From Antedon mediterranea (taxonomy: Eukaryota > Animalia > Echinodermata): DNA of 64,000 bases. The stretch is from contig NC_092671.1 in the NCBI RefSeq assembly GCF_964355755.1, positions 17,112,001 through 17,176,000 of the forward strand, given 5' to 3'. The notes below the pieces were generated by a model. It was given only the letters and a program-made list of their open reading frames with translations, did no database searches and had not been told where the DNA came from. Positions within the stretch are counted from its first letter, which is position 1, and each line of letters starts with the position of its first letter. Position numbers and translations under genes: made by a program. This document shows, piece after piece, positions 35,701 through 45,994 of this stretch.

Positions 35701-36098
35701 CTGCTTTGTGCTTTCCTGGCAGCTAGTGACTATGATTTTATATTCTTTTGCTTCGTATTTGTTTAATTTGTTGATTTGTATTATATTTTGTAAAATTTAT
35801 CTTTTGCCTGAATAAATAATAATAATAATAATAATAATAACAACTAATAGTTAACAAAACTTGCCTTCTTTTGTTCTAAACATCACTTCTGTCTTTAATT
35901 CAACCTTATTTTCCAACGACTTTTCAATTTCTTCAATTTTTTCCTCTTCTGTCTGGTTACCGTAAAGGAATTTGCATGCGCAACTCTTCTGCATGACCTC
36001 TGCTCGGACAAACCCAGTGAGTTCACAGAATCCATCAGAGCAGTATACAATTGGGTAGCTAGGTATCACCTGTGCGTTACCGAGCACAAAATTGCTAT
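2550..36098 (-). CDS. KCNH8: Elk/Kv12-subfamily voltage-gated K+ channel (KCNH8-like), 15 coding exons, 5'-partial (PAS-cap exon not located): join(36098-35865,33858-33736,31314-31145,29710-29464,22546-22386,14958-14748,14273-14091,11615-11416,10971-10865,8747-8605,7080-6975,5429-5321,5022-4817,4044-3780,2978-2550)
   Basis: All exons were read by hand with AG acceptors, GT donors (one GC) and consistent phases. Total 2894 nt = 2 nt + 964 codons including TAG. Elk-type motifs: [91 protein letters not shown]. The symbol means co-orthologue of KCNH3/4/8, not a 1:1 assignment. Confidence 0.95.
3780..4044 (-). CDS. KCNH8: Elk exon 15 (VVDGIED ... coiled-coil start [18 protein letters not shown])
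   Basis: TTTTCAG acceptor, GTATGG donor, 265 nt, phase 2/0; ORF 3756..4043. Confidence 0.88.
4817..5022 (-). CDS. KCNH8: Elk exon 14 (C-terminal; [10 protein letters not shown]...PELSPR)
   Basis: TTTGACAG acceptor, GTGAGA donor, 206 nt, phase 0/2; open in the required frame. Confidence 0.87.
5321..5429 (-). CDS. KCNH8: Elk exon 13 (CNBHD end with intrinsic ligand; [11 protein letters not shown]...DLTFNLREG)
   Basis: TATAG acceptor, GTAAGA donor, 109 nt, phase 2/0. Confidence 0.92.
5545..5935. repeat. 14-bp minisatellite (TTTTGAATGAAATG)n
   Basis: Direct reading; produces spurious ORF 5491..5862. Confidence 0.93.
6975..7080 (-). CDS. KCNH8: Elk exon 12 (CNBHD; GKGDLFGCD...[11 protein letters not shown])
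   Basis: TCAAAG acceptor, GTAACA donor, 106 nt, phase 1/2. Confidence 0.92.
8005..8480 (+). repeat. Dispersed repeat family (TTGATTGG...GTGGGTCACATG head); related copies ~3130-3590, 13605-14060, 39478-39690
   Basis: GGGTCACAT.GC.TGCAATAGT.TGCACTATTTAACA.TC.TTAAATAGTACTTTTT shared by 8050 and 39520; class not determined. Confidence 0.6.
8605..8747 (-). CDS. KCNH8: Elk exon 11 (CNBHD; [24 protein letters not shown]...GSLEVL...AILG)
   Basis: TTTACAG acceptor, GTAATT donor, 143 nt, phase 2/1. Confidence 0.93.
9560..9850 (-). mobile_element. 3' fragment of a CR1-group LINE
   Basis: Minus translation ...LRSILPP...RTLRS...[26 protein letters not shown], a typical RT-ORF C-terminus, followed by a simple-repeat tail. 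Confidence 0.6.
10404..10751. mobile_element. MITE family B (TIR ~TGGTTCCCACTAG...CTAGTGGGAACCA); related copies 52211-52326 and 55762-55898
   Basis: Inverted termini with ACGCAACG/CGTTGCGT subterminal motifs at three loci. Confidence 0.7.
10865..10971 (-). CDS. KCNH8: Elk exon 10 ([35 protein letters not shown])
   Basis: TTTTGCAG acceptor, AG|GTACAG donor, 107 nt, phase 0/2; frame differs from ORF-track 10770..11018. Confidence 0.92.
11249..11400. mobile_element. ~150-bp MITE family A (TIR GC.CTGTCTACACTATCAAACTA); other copies 6724-6870 and 55035-55160
   Basis: 23-bp TIRs; internal CATATCACTACCATATTTG duplication shared by all three copies. Confidence 0.8.
11416..11615 (-). CDS. KCNH8: Elk exon 9 (S6 end, C-linker; [16 protein letters not shown]...GIDTIE)
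   Basis: TTACAG acceptor, GTAAAG donor, 200 nt, phase 1/0. Confidence 0.94.
11650..13091 (+). mobile_element. Non-autonomous Helitron (~1.44 kb)
   Basis: A|TCTATATATA 5' end; 3' end has a perfect 13-bp hairpin CTAGATGGTACGC...GCGTACCATCTAG ending CTAG|T; no TSD; looks CpG-richer than flanking intron; internal duplication ~11790-11860 / 12488-12560. Confidence 0.75.
14091..14273 (-). CDS. KCNH8: Elk exon 8 (turret, pore helix, SVGFG filter, S6 start)
   Basis: CACGTAG acceptor, GTAAGA donor, 183 nt, phase 1/1. Confidence 0.95.
14298..14616. mobile_element. TTAA-flanked MITE (Kolobok-like termini AG...CT); second partial copy at 1-201
   Basis: TTAA|AGATGTATTGTCC ... GGACAATATATCT|TTAA; the body matches window positions 1-205. 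Confidence 0.75.
14748..14958 (-). CDS. KCNH8: Elk exon 7 (S4-S5; [20 protein letters not shown]...AHWLACIWY)
   Basis: TTCAAG acceptor, GTATGA donor, 211 nt, phase 0/1. Confidence 0.93.
16804..18711. repeat. Minisatellite, 39 x 49-bp (AAAATGGCAATGCTGTGGGTATCAGTGGCATGGATCTCAATGAAGATAC)
   Basis: 1908 nt = 39 x 49 minus one 3-nt-shorter unit near 17660; near-identical units, no spacers. Confidence 0.95.
18767..18807 (-). ncRNA. Hammerhead motif (helix III mutated), sense to the Elk pre-mRNA
   Basis: ACUUGUA-CUGAUGA-A-GAGC-UAGUGUU-GCUC-GAAA-UC-UC-UGC; stem II GAGC/GCUC is a compensatory variant. Confidence 0.65.
19390..20010 (+). mobile_element. 3' fragment of an L2/Crack-like LINE
   Basis: [27 protein letters not shown]-terminal motif, AT-rich UTR, AATAAA and (GAAAT/C)n tail. 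Confidence 0.55.
20111..20400 (-). mobile_element. Two degenerate/partial copies of the hammerhead-bearing element (20111-20232 with dead core; 20289-20400 without hammerhead)
   Basis: Shared blocks AAGGCAAATTACTG, GCTGTGGGTATCA, AAAGCTAAATC, TGCAGAGCTTT...GTGCAAGT. Confidence 0.7.
22195..22350 (+). mobile_element. Degenerate copy of the hammerhead-bearing element
   Basis: CACTTGCACTGAATAG GGGT..ACCC GAAAGCTC ... CACAGCATTGTC...AGTAATTTGCCTTT; first box mutated. Confidence 0.7.
22386..22546 (-). CDS. KCNH8: Elk exon 6 (S2 end-S3; [11 protein letters not shown]...[13 protein letters not shown])
   Basis: TTTTAG acceptor, GTAAGT donor, 161 nt, phase 1/0. Confidence 0.94.
23675..24342 (+). mobile_element. 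Helentron-associated non-autonomous element (HINE/DINE-like)
   Basis: (GTCT)n/(GTTT)n near the 5' end; 3' end GGCAGAGGTATGCACTCTCGGAGTGGCTTTCTAGTT with a small hairpin; lies between inverted CATGGTGGGAAGGATTTG arms (about 23630 and 24356). Confidence 0.6.
24862..26527 (+). mobile_element. Probable non-autonomous Helentron-like element
   Basis: Duplicated 5' motif GGTTAT..CAACTTAGTTGCGGATAAC, then TTCTT-rich stretch and a CpG-containing body with internal duplications; segment 26350-26420 recurs at 26885-26955; boundaries approximate. Confidence 0.45.
27003..27345. repeat. ~70-71-bp tandem repeat, about 5 copies (TTATACTAGAATTGCATTAA...CCGAAGCCTAAATCAGGGGGTGGGG)
   Basis: TTATACTAGAA recurs at about 27003, 27068, 27139, 27209 and 27280. 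Confidence 0.9.
27570..27745 (-). mobile_element. Headless body fragment of the 5S-SINE family
   Basis: CTAATACGTCTGAGGCA.A.ACTAGATGCA, ACTAAGCCAG and CTTAC.TTCAT.TGAATGATG shared with 45255-45380. Confidence 0.65.
29464..29710 (-). CDS. KCNH8: Elk exon 5 (LPEYKV, S1-S2)
   Basis: TTTCAG acceptor, GTAAGA donor, 247 nt, phase 0/1; ORF 29414..29659 ([19 protein letters not shown]). Confidence 0.93.
29920..30965 (+). mobile_element. tRNA-headed SINE split by the Harbinger MITE
   Basis: A-box-like GTGGCGCAGTG and degenerate B-box GGTAGTTCAGTCC; body TTGTGTC...CTCTCCACCCAGGTGTACAAATGG resumes after the insertion. Confidence 0.6.
30012..30914. mobile_element. PIF/Harbinger-type MITE (903 bp)
   Basis: TIRs GGGCCTGTTTCTGCTGA / TCAGCAGAAACAGACCA; TTA TSD (30009-30011, 30915-30917); many subterminal AA(T/C)CGATTA motifs. 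Confidence 0.85.
31145..31314 (-). CDS. KCNH8: Elk exon 4 (acidic linker + [15 protein letters not shown]...KLKLNS)
   Basis: TTTTTGCAG acceptor, GTAAGT donor, 170 nt, phase 1/0; Elk-type motif. Confidence 0.92.
33736..33858 (-). CDS. KCNH8: Elk exon 3 (PAC; [31 protein letters not shown]...)
   Basis: TTTGCAG acceptor, AG|GTTAGT donor, 123 nt, phase 1/1; not in the ORF track. Confidence 0.93.
35270..35840 (+). mobile_element. 3' fragment of an L2/Crack-like LINE with (AAT)n tail
   Basis: [12 protein letters not shown]...[10 protein letters not shown] motif; AATAAA(TAA)n tail ends ~25 nt from the exon-2 donor. Confidence 0.5.
35865..36098 (-). CDS. KCNH8: Elk exon 2 (PAS domain; [29 protein letters not shown]...RTKE-G)
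   Basis: Acceptor TTTCAG at 36099-36104; 234 nt, phase 1/1; donor AG|GCAAGT; part of ORF 35851..36177. Confidence 0.93.
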
Positions 36099-39000
36099 CT
36101 GAAAGATTTGAATAAACACTTGTTAAATTTCTAATATAATTTTGTTGATAATACATTAAATGTTGCTTATTTAGCACTTTTTATCAAAGCACTTCACAAC
36201 ATATTTGCTGCGCTTTATACAGTCAAGCCCAGTGGACTTGATTATATCGCAACAGCATTCTAATCTCCTCATAAAGGTCCCTGTTTGTGGAGCTGCCACC
36301 TCATAAGTTCAGTACCAGATATTTGAATCTCCAGATCTGGCAAATATTAAAAAATTACCTAAAATTGTTTTACTGTTCTTAAAAGGTTATTTTATTAATA
36401 CACAATTACATGTGATGAGTTGCTAGAATGCGTGACAAACCTCTGGTAAACATTGAAATGCTGATTGCGCAAGGTATTTTGTGATTAATCTGTTAAAACA
36501 CTGCAAAATTGTTAACAAAAAGATTCTGAAATTGTTAACTTTGTGGTCCACACTCAAAATTAGGGCTGTTTAACAGAAACTGCCTATTGTTATAATCATA
36601 GGAACCATTTCTCACAAAAATAAAGGTAAACTATTGATGATGATGTCTTGTGAAAATAGATTGAAAACAAGTTTGAAATTGGCACCACAAAGCTTATCAC
36701 TATAAAGTTCTTCAGGCTGTCTCTAATTTCAGAAGTTAACATGAAAAGACAAGAAAGCTAGTTGCCTGAGTACCGTTTTGATTTTACGATCATTCGAGAA
36801 AACACCACACAACGATCTAGCATGTATATTATATTTCACACAAAGGGATAGAAACAAAGGTGATGAAGCTCAAATACTGATTATGGTAATTATATGCATG
36901 AATTAATTTTTAATTAAGAACTATTCAGATCATTCATTTACACAAATTTATTTTGAAATTTCTTTTTTGTGAAGAATTCATCTATGCACTAGCCTATTGA
37001 TGACATGTAGTGTTTTGAAAATTAAATAATACATCGTGATAACATCTTGTACGATGTACATGTAACACAAAATAACACACTATTACTACTGTACTACCTG
37101 AACCCGGTATAAAGCCAACTATTTGCATTCTCAATTAATTTTAAACTAGGTTGCAAGTGGCTAGCAAAAGTCCTGTTAAATAATGCTTTCAAAATGTGTA
37201 ATTTCACACGAAGAATTCCTTAAAGTTTATTTTTAGTAATGGAGCTACGTGACTTGCTTTCATACGTCAAGTATTGTACGAGTGGATTACCCACACCGTA
37301 GATGTGCAAGCATGTACAGATAATGCATGGTGTGTACATGTCTCAGCCAATCAACTCTGTTTGACCCTTGTTTTTCCCTTTGTATACAGTATAATCATGT
37401 TAAGTTGAAAGTTACTAGTGGATAAAGATACAATGTGGAAGTAAACAAAAATATTTCTTACAAAAAACAACGCTCAACTTTTTGACGTAACAGTTTTATT
37501 ATTGTTTTATTATTATCGATATCTTCTTTAATAATTTAAGAATTTAAACAAATTTTGATGAGCTTTACACAAAATGTGCAATTCTGAATGTTACATGCTA
37601 TTTATAGGTAAATGCACTTTCATTCAATTTTTTTGTTTGGCAATAATGAAATTCACATAAACATATGTATAACAAAACAAATTATTTAAACAATAAAATA
37701 ATGGGAATTATGGGAATACAACAGGTGGCAAAATATATTCAATAAAACGTCACAGTGACCCCTCTTATTGATAGCTACACATTAATATTCTTAATACAGC
37801 ATAAGCAAAATTTGTAAACTAAAAAACTATAAAAAAAATTGCAGAAAAAAAGAAATTAAATATTTGAAAATTCCGAATAGAAACACTCTAAAAAAAACCA
37901 ACCAATAAAAACAAATTAGTAATTTTCATTTTTAAATTTTCATCTAGTCTGCACAGGTAATATAATTCAATAAAAAAACGTTATAAATGTCAAAGTTTAT
38001 GGGACATTTGAACCGTGACATGCAAAATTAAGTTTATAACATTTTGTTTTAACTTAATTTTAAAGCAATAAAAAAGAAAAACATCATAAACTAGCAGTCA
38101 TTGACCAGTTGATATCCCAGGTAATAATACTGTACATTCAAAATGCTTACTAATTACCAGGGCTCAATGTATTACTTGCCCGAAGTACTATGTCTATATT
38201 AAAATTGCTTGAAGTCACTGTATAATCTATCATTGCCCGATGGTCTAGTAAAAATAGCAATGATCGATCTTTAGCTTTACCTTAATCTGTTGATAACAAT
38301 GACAAACATTGTATGTTTTCAGGTTATTCTAAAAGGGCAAGACAATTTTACATTACATAATCTGCTGATAATTACATCACAATATTGTACTAGTATTCAA
38401 TTTTATCATTGTCATATTTATTATGTTGTGATTTCCTGTGGTTATAGATAAATATAAGATAAGTTATAAGATAAATATATAAACCAATCATAAAAACTTC
38501 TGAAGGCCAGAAAATGTACCTCTGAAGTCCCTAATTTGCATGTTGAGTATAAATAGTAAAATGTTATAGATATTGAGAAGAGGGAATAACATCACAGTAG
38601 ATAGAAAGACGTATAGAGTAAGAGTTAAGAAAGGTCTAGTCTTTTAAAAATAGAAAGTTTGTATTGCATTAATACTGTGCTATAAGAAATAATAATAGTT
38701 TATATTGTTGAATATACTTCTGTTGTATGTTGTGAAATCATTTAGCACAGTCTTTGTACGTGTCGTGGAATAATACTCCTATGAACACATTACTCTCGGA
38801 AACAACACACTAGTACTAACTACCACTTCACTACAACCATTAAAAGTACGAAATTCAATATGAATTTTAAAACAACTTTGTAGATAATATTACTTGTTAA
38901 GGTGTAAATTGACTGGTAAGATGTACTATCTAGGTTGTTGTCCTGTCACAACAAATAACATTGTCTGTTTAATAACCTTTACAAATTCTGAATACTATGA

Positions 39001-39790
39001 TATGAATAATAGGAATATGACACGTATATCAAACAATGTGTTACTAATAAATTATACATTTTTTTTTTTTTAGAAATCTTGCTGAAGTATTCAATTCTAA
39101 ATGAGATGACTTCGCACTTCAATTGACTGTCGACTCTCTATTACCTTTATACAGTACTTGTCTTAAAATCAATTAACATGTGTCAACTACCATAACCATT
39201 ATATTACCTATCTATCCTGACAGCCTTTTTTACAATGACATGATGTACTTGTATGTGTATAGATGCTACTAGCCAAGCAATAGCCAAGTGTATAGCATGT
39301 TGTCATTGTATGGTTTTTTTAAGACTATAAACAAGATTATATTTCTTATCCAAAAACTATGTATATTCGTAATGAGACAGTAACACATTTGGAGTATGGT
39401 CCATTTCGTTCATAGAGCTTTTAAAAAAATAGTTGGGTTTCAAACGTCACCATTATAGCCACTTGATTAACCACTATTATATAACACCTAAATAAATTCT
39501 TAAAATTGATTGGATAACTGTGGGTCACATAGCGTGCAATAGTATGCACTATTTAACAATCATTAAATAGTACTTTTTTTTCTATTTCTCACTTTTCAAA
39601 CAATCTTCTCGTGGATGGAAAAACATTTTCAAGTCAATTACTGTGATTATGAACATGAAATCCAACAGCGCTGCCGATTTTAAAATTCATAACAACATTG
39701 AACACTCATATGGCAACAGAATATTTGGAGATATACATACTAATTTGGGTTGTTAATCATTTTGATTAATTAATGAGAACAACTCTACAA

Positions 39791-39791
39791 G

Positions 39792-39850
<59 letters not shown>
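39791..39850. repeat. (AAT)n microsatellite
   Basis: Direct reading; probably the tail of an adjacent minus-strand LINE relic. Confidence 0.9.
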
Positions 39851-39851
<1 letters not shown>

Positions 39852-41409
39852 GTAGTACGAATTTGTAACACGCCAATTCTAGCAGTAAGTAATCAAAGGC
39901 GCGGTGTACGAGAGAGCTCAATTTGAAAAAAAAAGATGAGTTTTCAAGGCAGATTTAAAGGCGATAGTAGACAAACATGATTTCTTTGTAATGTATTATA
40001 CCATATGGACAATTGTCTGAAATAAAAGTTGAATTGAATTCCATAAGCGAGAGGCAGCAGAAGTGAAGGTGCTAATAGGCCATATGTTTTAGTGTTACTA
40101 AAGTCGGAATGGAAAGGAGATGTGGAATCAGTTTCAGTTGCCTGGCGAAGTTTTGTGGTCCCGCTGCCTTACTAGCCTACTGTTGGCCTATAGTGCTTTT
40201 TTAGCCTAGCTAGGCATAGTATCGTTCGGGCATTTACACTAAAGTAGGTGTGTTTATAAAATAACAAAAACAGAACATATATATGTATATATTTGTTTTG
40301 TAATGTTACAAAAAAAACAAATAAATGTTACTGTTTCAATGTGAATCATGTAGGACTAGCTTTTATTCAATACTGATTCAAATGACAAGAATCTATTTAG
40401 ATGTTATATAAACAAATACAAAAAACTAATTTTACAGCTAAATAAAAAATGTTTTTTCACAATACCTTTTTTAAAGAATGAAAACATATTTATTGTACAT
40501 ATAACAACATTATTGGAAGTAATTATGTTTTCATACGTCATTGATAAAAAATAATCAGGATAATATAATATACTTATATTTATTGTCAAAATAAGATTAA
40601 TTTCATATTTGTTATGATAACTGTGTTAGGTCTATCTGTATACACTATACTATATCAGCATGTAAAAATTCAAACAATAGGACAGACATATACAGAAACT
40701 AAATAAATATTTTGCCAATTTTGTTTCTATAACAATCATTACTGTCTCAAAGGTTATCAGTTAAAGTAGGTTAAAATTATGGTTAACGATCATTAATTAG
40801 GTAAAGCAACTGACGAGATAATGCATTAATTGACAGTAATTGATTAGATAGTAAAGGATTATTCATAGATAATTAACACACTCTGATCAGAAATCACTTT
40901 CAGATTACAGTATTGCATTAATATTGTTTAAAGTCGTTGACTTCATCACCTTCCGATAAACCATGACCATATAAAAGTTGCTGATTACAGTACAAAAAGT
41001 GTTGCTGACTATAGTATGCATCATAAAAGTGTTACTTAAGTGGATAAATCGACATTGGCCTTCTCTCCAAGAAGAGCGCAACAACTCAAATATATACAAA
41101 TGAATTAAAAACACCCCTATCAGTCAATGATACATTCCATGAACCCTAACCAAAAAATGGAGTATCCCAATATACCATCATCATTTCATTTTCAGACATG
41201 GTAGATTAAACATGTTTGAATGAAGAGCTACAATTGCCTTAGGTTAAATTGTAGCCCTCTTCTCGAAGAGAAATAAGCCAATGTTGGTTTATCCAGGTAA
41301 GCTGGGCATGAAACAGACTAACTATTTTATTTGCATTGAATAAACTATGGTACTGTAGCTTGTGGAAAAGTTTCATCAATTTCAATTAAACAATATCATT
41401 AATTTCAAG

Positions 41410-41742
41410 GTACTGTATTATATTAATTCAAATAAACGCCCTGCCTTGACTATGCCTTCCTCGAATAAACGTCCTAAGCATTAATTTTTCCTTGAATAAA
41501 TGCCCCGCCCCATGCATATACACACAATATTATAATTTTTCACATTTCTATTTGTGGTAAAATTCAATTGACTTTGATGATTTACAATTTATACAAATTG
41601 TACAATATTTTATCACTTTTGATAATAATTTTCTTGATCATACCCAGTACCTTTTTCTACGATCATTCGGGAAAACACCTCGCATCGAATAAACCCTCCC
41701 GAACAATAATCGCTCAGGGCGTTTATTTTAATAAATAAGGTA
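41410..41742. mobile_element. Tc1/mariner-superfamily-like MITE relic
   Basis: TACTGTATT...AATAAACGCCC / GGGCGTTTATT...AAATAAGGTA termini with repeated GAATAAACG motifs. Confidence 0.55.
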
Positions 41743-44700
41743 CTTGTATTTAAAACTTTGTGACGCCATTCTAAGGATCATCATTACCCAGATAGCCTAA
41801 CAATTCATAATCATTAACAAATGCTTACACAAAAGAATGGCAGTTTTTGCCTACGGTAAGCTACTGGCAAATTTCATTTTTACGGTATATCATCCATGCA
41901 ACGTAGTAGTAAATCCTACTGCAGTGAATATCACTCTCGTTTAATCAATGTGTGCTTTATTTTCTCCACAGTCATTAAATCAGATCACAACCTATAAGGC
42001 TTCCATACTTAAAGCCCTTAGCTCTCTGCACTCTGTCATCATAATACACTATGATCCGGAAGCCAATCAAGGGGCATTATCATTATGGATGTTTATACAG
42101 AATCGCAGCATCCATAGATTCAGGTTTAGTCTTGCGAAGCTGTGTACTCGTAATGACGTACTATACACACTAGGAACACTTTATAATGTTATTATGTATA
42201 ACCAGGTATAATCCTTCACCTTAATTTAGGCTAAATATGGACACTTGGCGTGGTACTCTATTGTAATTCAATTATATTTCACACATTTTTTGCCATATTT
42301 CGCAATTGATATTAACCTTATATCATAACAAATCAGTATACAATATGGACCCAGTAAAAAAAAAATCACTAGAGAATAGTCATATTGAATGAAATATGGT
42401 AAAACAGCGGTCTTTCCCAGTTTTACACACCACTATCGGGTAAATATAGAAAAAAACAAGGATAAATTACTTTGCCTAAAGGATATAAATGTACATTAAC
42501 AAACATTTGGATAATCCCATTCCCTATCAAGATCAATCACTATGATCGATTAGAATCACATATTGCTAATCACTATTCATTTTGCCTGTTAGCAAGTTTA
42601 GTACATGTCATTTGTTTGATAGCAAATGGAAGGATATGTCTATTGTAAACACAATCTTGATGATAGGCTCTATTTGTTACAGAACGACAATAAATCTCAT
42701 GTCAAGCAATGCATATTATTACCATCATCACATAAACACACCATCATGTTATCATAGATTGCGTAATTAGTGGCATATTACTGTTAATAATAATATGATC
42801 AGTTCCTAAGTAAAGTAAAGAAAGTAACTTAATAATGTATGTAGATAACATTAAGTATTCAAACTACTGTATGCATATTAAATGCAGATTTTAAAGGGAT
42901 GAAATAAACCCTACAGTAAATATACCAGCGAAAAAAATCTTTGCAGCAGCCATTAAGTTTATACAACATGTGTTCTTTGTCTACTGTATTAACAACTCTT
43001 TCATCTTCTTCAAGACTTTGAATTGATGTTCGTCTTCCAATTAAAGTTGTTGAAAGTCTTGTGTCTGCCATTAACAATTTGTCAATCTAAGTTCCAATAT
43101 TTGTTTCGTTCTAAGCACTTCTTTCATTGTTAGCCTTGTCCAATCAAGTAGACCATATACCTATCTGGCCTATTAGTTATGCATTATTGTATAATTTTGC
43201 AAAAAATAATTTCATTAATCAGTTGGTCAATAACACATTGTTACAAATGCTTTGAAAAAGCACATTAAAATAAAACCAGGGTATTTCATTCTAATTGATT
43301 TAATAGATAATACACACTAATTTCTAAAATTGAAATAAAATTTATTCATAAAAATAATAGTTTAATAGTATGTTTCTTCTATGAACAGGAACAATTTTTT
43401 TTTCAAATTCTAGTTGTATAAATTTCTGTTTCATTTTGTTTTTAGAAATTATGTTTTCAATAAACAAAAACAAATTAATTTCTACCTTTACAAGTATCAT
43501 GTTTCAGTGCTGAGAATGTAGCGAAACATCAAACATATACTTTTACATTATAAGGTGATTATGAAACTGTGAAGAGAGAATGAAGATATTTCAAATGTGC
43601 TAGAGTGTGAGGTGTATAATGTATCACCTAAGGACTCGCATGGATGTCATACAGATGTGGTTCAGTTGCAACAACACCTGCATAGCAATATGCTTTTACC
43701 TACTATTACTTGTTCCTTAAGAAAAAAAACGGCTATTAAAGGAACCTAACTTTTCCTTAAAAAACAGGCACAGTACAACATTTAAATATTTTGGATTTTC
43801 CAAAATGACAGAATAAATAAAGTAGAACCCCTTTGGGACACCTACATTTGAAGGACAACCTTATTAAGAGAGAGTTTCTTGTGAAATGAAGTGTGAAGTG
43901 GCAATATATGTCTTAACTCTAAATAAAATCAACTCCTACACTATTCAGGGACACCTCCAGCTGCAAGGAGACACTGTTTGGCCCGAAGGTGTCCCCTTGA
44001 TAGAGATAATTGTCACAATATGGAGCTTTAGATTACAATGACCAACAACCACACTATGTCTTGTGCGCATACGGGAATATATTGGGACATGTTTCTTCGC
44101 TCTCTATCTCAACACAGTTTTAATGGTTTCTAGACAACGACACATCGATTGACCTGACTTAGTTAGGTCGGCGGTCGGCGCAAATCGAAAGCTCCCTAAT
44201 GACACAACTGTACAACACTTTGACTCCTCAGAAAATACTAAGGAGCTTTTGAAATTGTGATGACCTAGCACCGACGCATTGTTGATGCACTTAAAATAAA
44301 CCACCGAAAATGTGTCGAGGAATTAAGTAAAAAAGTTCAAAATCTCCTTGCTAATGTTTGCATTAAAATATATAATTTGTACAAAATAATAAAATATTTT
44401 GAAAAATAACCTATTAGAAATAGCAAAAGAAGTTCATTTTCTATACTTTTTAATTAATATAATCAACAGCCCATGTTTCATTACATTTAGTATTTTGTGA
44501 AATAATTTGAAAGGTTAAAGTTGAAAAACAAGTATATTACATACAACATTTTGTACATTAAAATCCCAGAGGCTTTATGTTTCTAAGTCACAGTGTTTAT
44601 TAATAGTTTTATAGGTGTAGATTCTTTAAACAAGTTGATTAAATTTCAATACTGTATTAGTGAATTGTGTGTATATTTCATTTCTTATAGTTATTAAAAA

Positions 44701-45254
44701 ATTATCAAGAAAAAAAACAAAGTGGTAATGAACTTGGGCTTACCTGGGGAATTGCTACACCAGTCAGGAAATACAACAAAGTTTAATGATCGCAGTGTGT
44801 TAATTAACATTACTCCGGTAACAAAATAAGAATGGTATTTCCCTGGTGACTAAGTTTAAATTAGCCCAGCATTGGATATCAAATAAATGCAATTATAAAA
44901 TAAATTGTGCGTGTGTTGCAGTAGAACAAAATTTCCCACCATTAATAGGATTGTGTATTAATTATTAAATTAATTGTAATTTAGCGTTAAGTGTACTTCA
45001 TTAACTTAGGTCCGGTATTGCATAATTATGTATGCATGCAATTGAGTTGGGATCGGAAAGTGATTTCAAATGTACGGTATGACTCTTTCTGGCACAAGAC
45101 AAATTTTAAGTAGGACAACGCTTTACAAATTATTATTATATTCCGTTATCTACTTTTAAATCCTTTCAAGCTGCAATATGAAAAACAATCATTCTAACAT
45201 TTCAAGATTTGGTCTTATTCAGTTCAGTCTTCAGTCTTTATAGACTATATGCAT

Positions 45255-45541
45255 ATGATGTCTGTCGCAGCCGACAGTGTCATTTTAGTCTTACATTCAT
45301 CTGAATGATGACTAAGCCAGAACAGTTTAAGAGGAAAGGCAATGGCTAATACGTCTGAGGCAGACACTAGATGCAGTGGCTGCCGTAAGGGTCAGCAGTG
45401 CTGATTTCAAATGCCTAACGTAACGGGACCCTAGCTACATATACAGCAGCCGATATTCCCAGATGGTCTACCATCCAAGATCTAACCAGGCCCAACGCTT
45501 AACTTTGGTGATCTGACGAAAACCGGTGTTTCAACATGGTA
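45255..45541 (-). mobile_element. 5S rRNA-headed SINE (SINE3-like); 5S-derived head 45441-45541
   Basis: Minus strand TACCATGTTGAAACACCGGTTTTCGTCAGATCACCAAAGTTAAGC...GGGCCTGGTTAGATCTTGGATGGTAGACCATCTGGGAATATCGGCTGCTGTA resembles metazoan 5S rRNA including A and C boxes; the body recurs at 27570-27745. Confidence 0.75.
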
Positions 45542-45994
45542 AAGTTTTATTCAATCGATTAAGGGTGTGGTCCGACTCACAGCGTAATGTTTAATAGTTA
45601 TATAACGCAAAGTCAAGGTGTTCAGACAAAAAGATCAACATTCAATACGCTTTCCATTCAAAACACTCATCAGGTCTAAACAGATAAAAGCATACATTCA
45701 TGCGCATGGAAGTTTACTTCATAAAGAGACTTTTAGATTTTAGTGAACATGCACACTGTTCTTTGAAAATTGAATACCTAAAAATAGATTTGAAATTTAT
45801 CTAATTCGCTGTGGTAAAGCTAGGGTATGCTGTTGGCCTGAAATCATGGTCAAGTCTGTCATGGTGTTCGAATGAAAGTTAAAATCATTGATAGATTAGA
45901 TTGGATTAGCTCTACATATAACAGGCTGTCTAACACAAATCTGCGACCTAGCTCAGACATACAGTACAAATATGTACATTGCGTAAATAACGCT

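Noticed and set aside
45441-45541. Functional 5S rRNA gene
   Set aside because: Lacks the first ~12 nt, has small internal deletions and substitutions, has no oligo-T terminator, and continues into a repeat body
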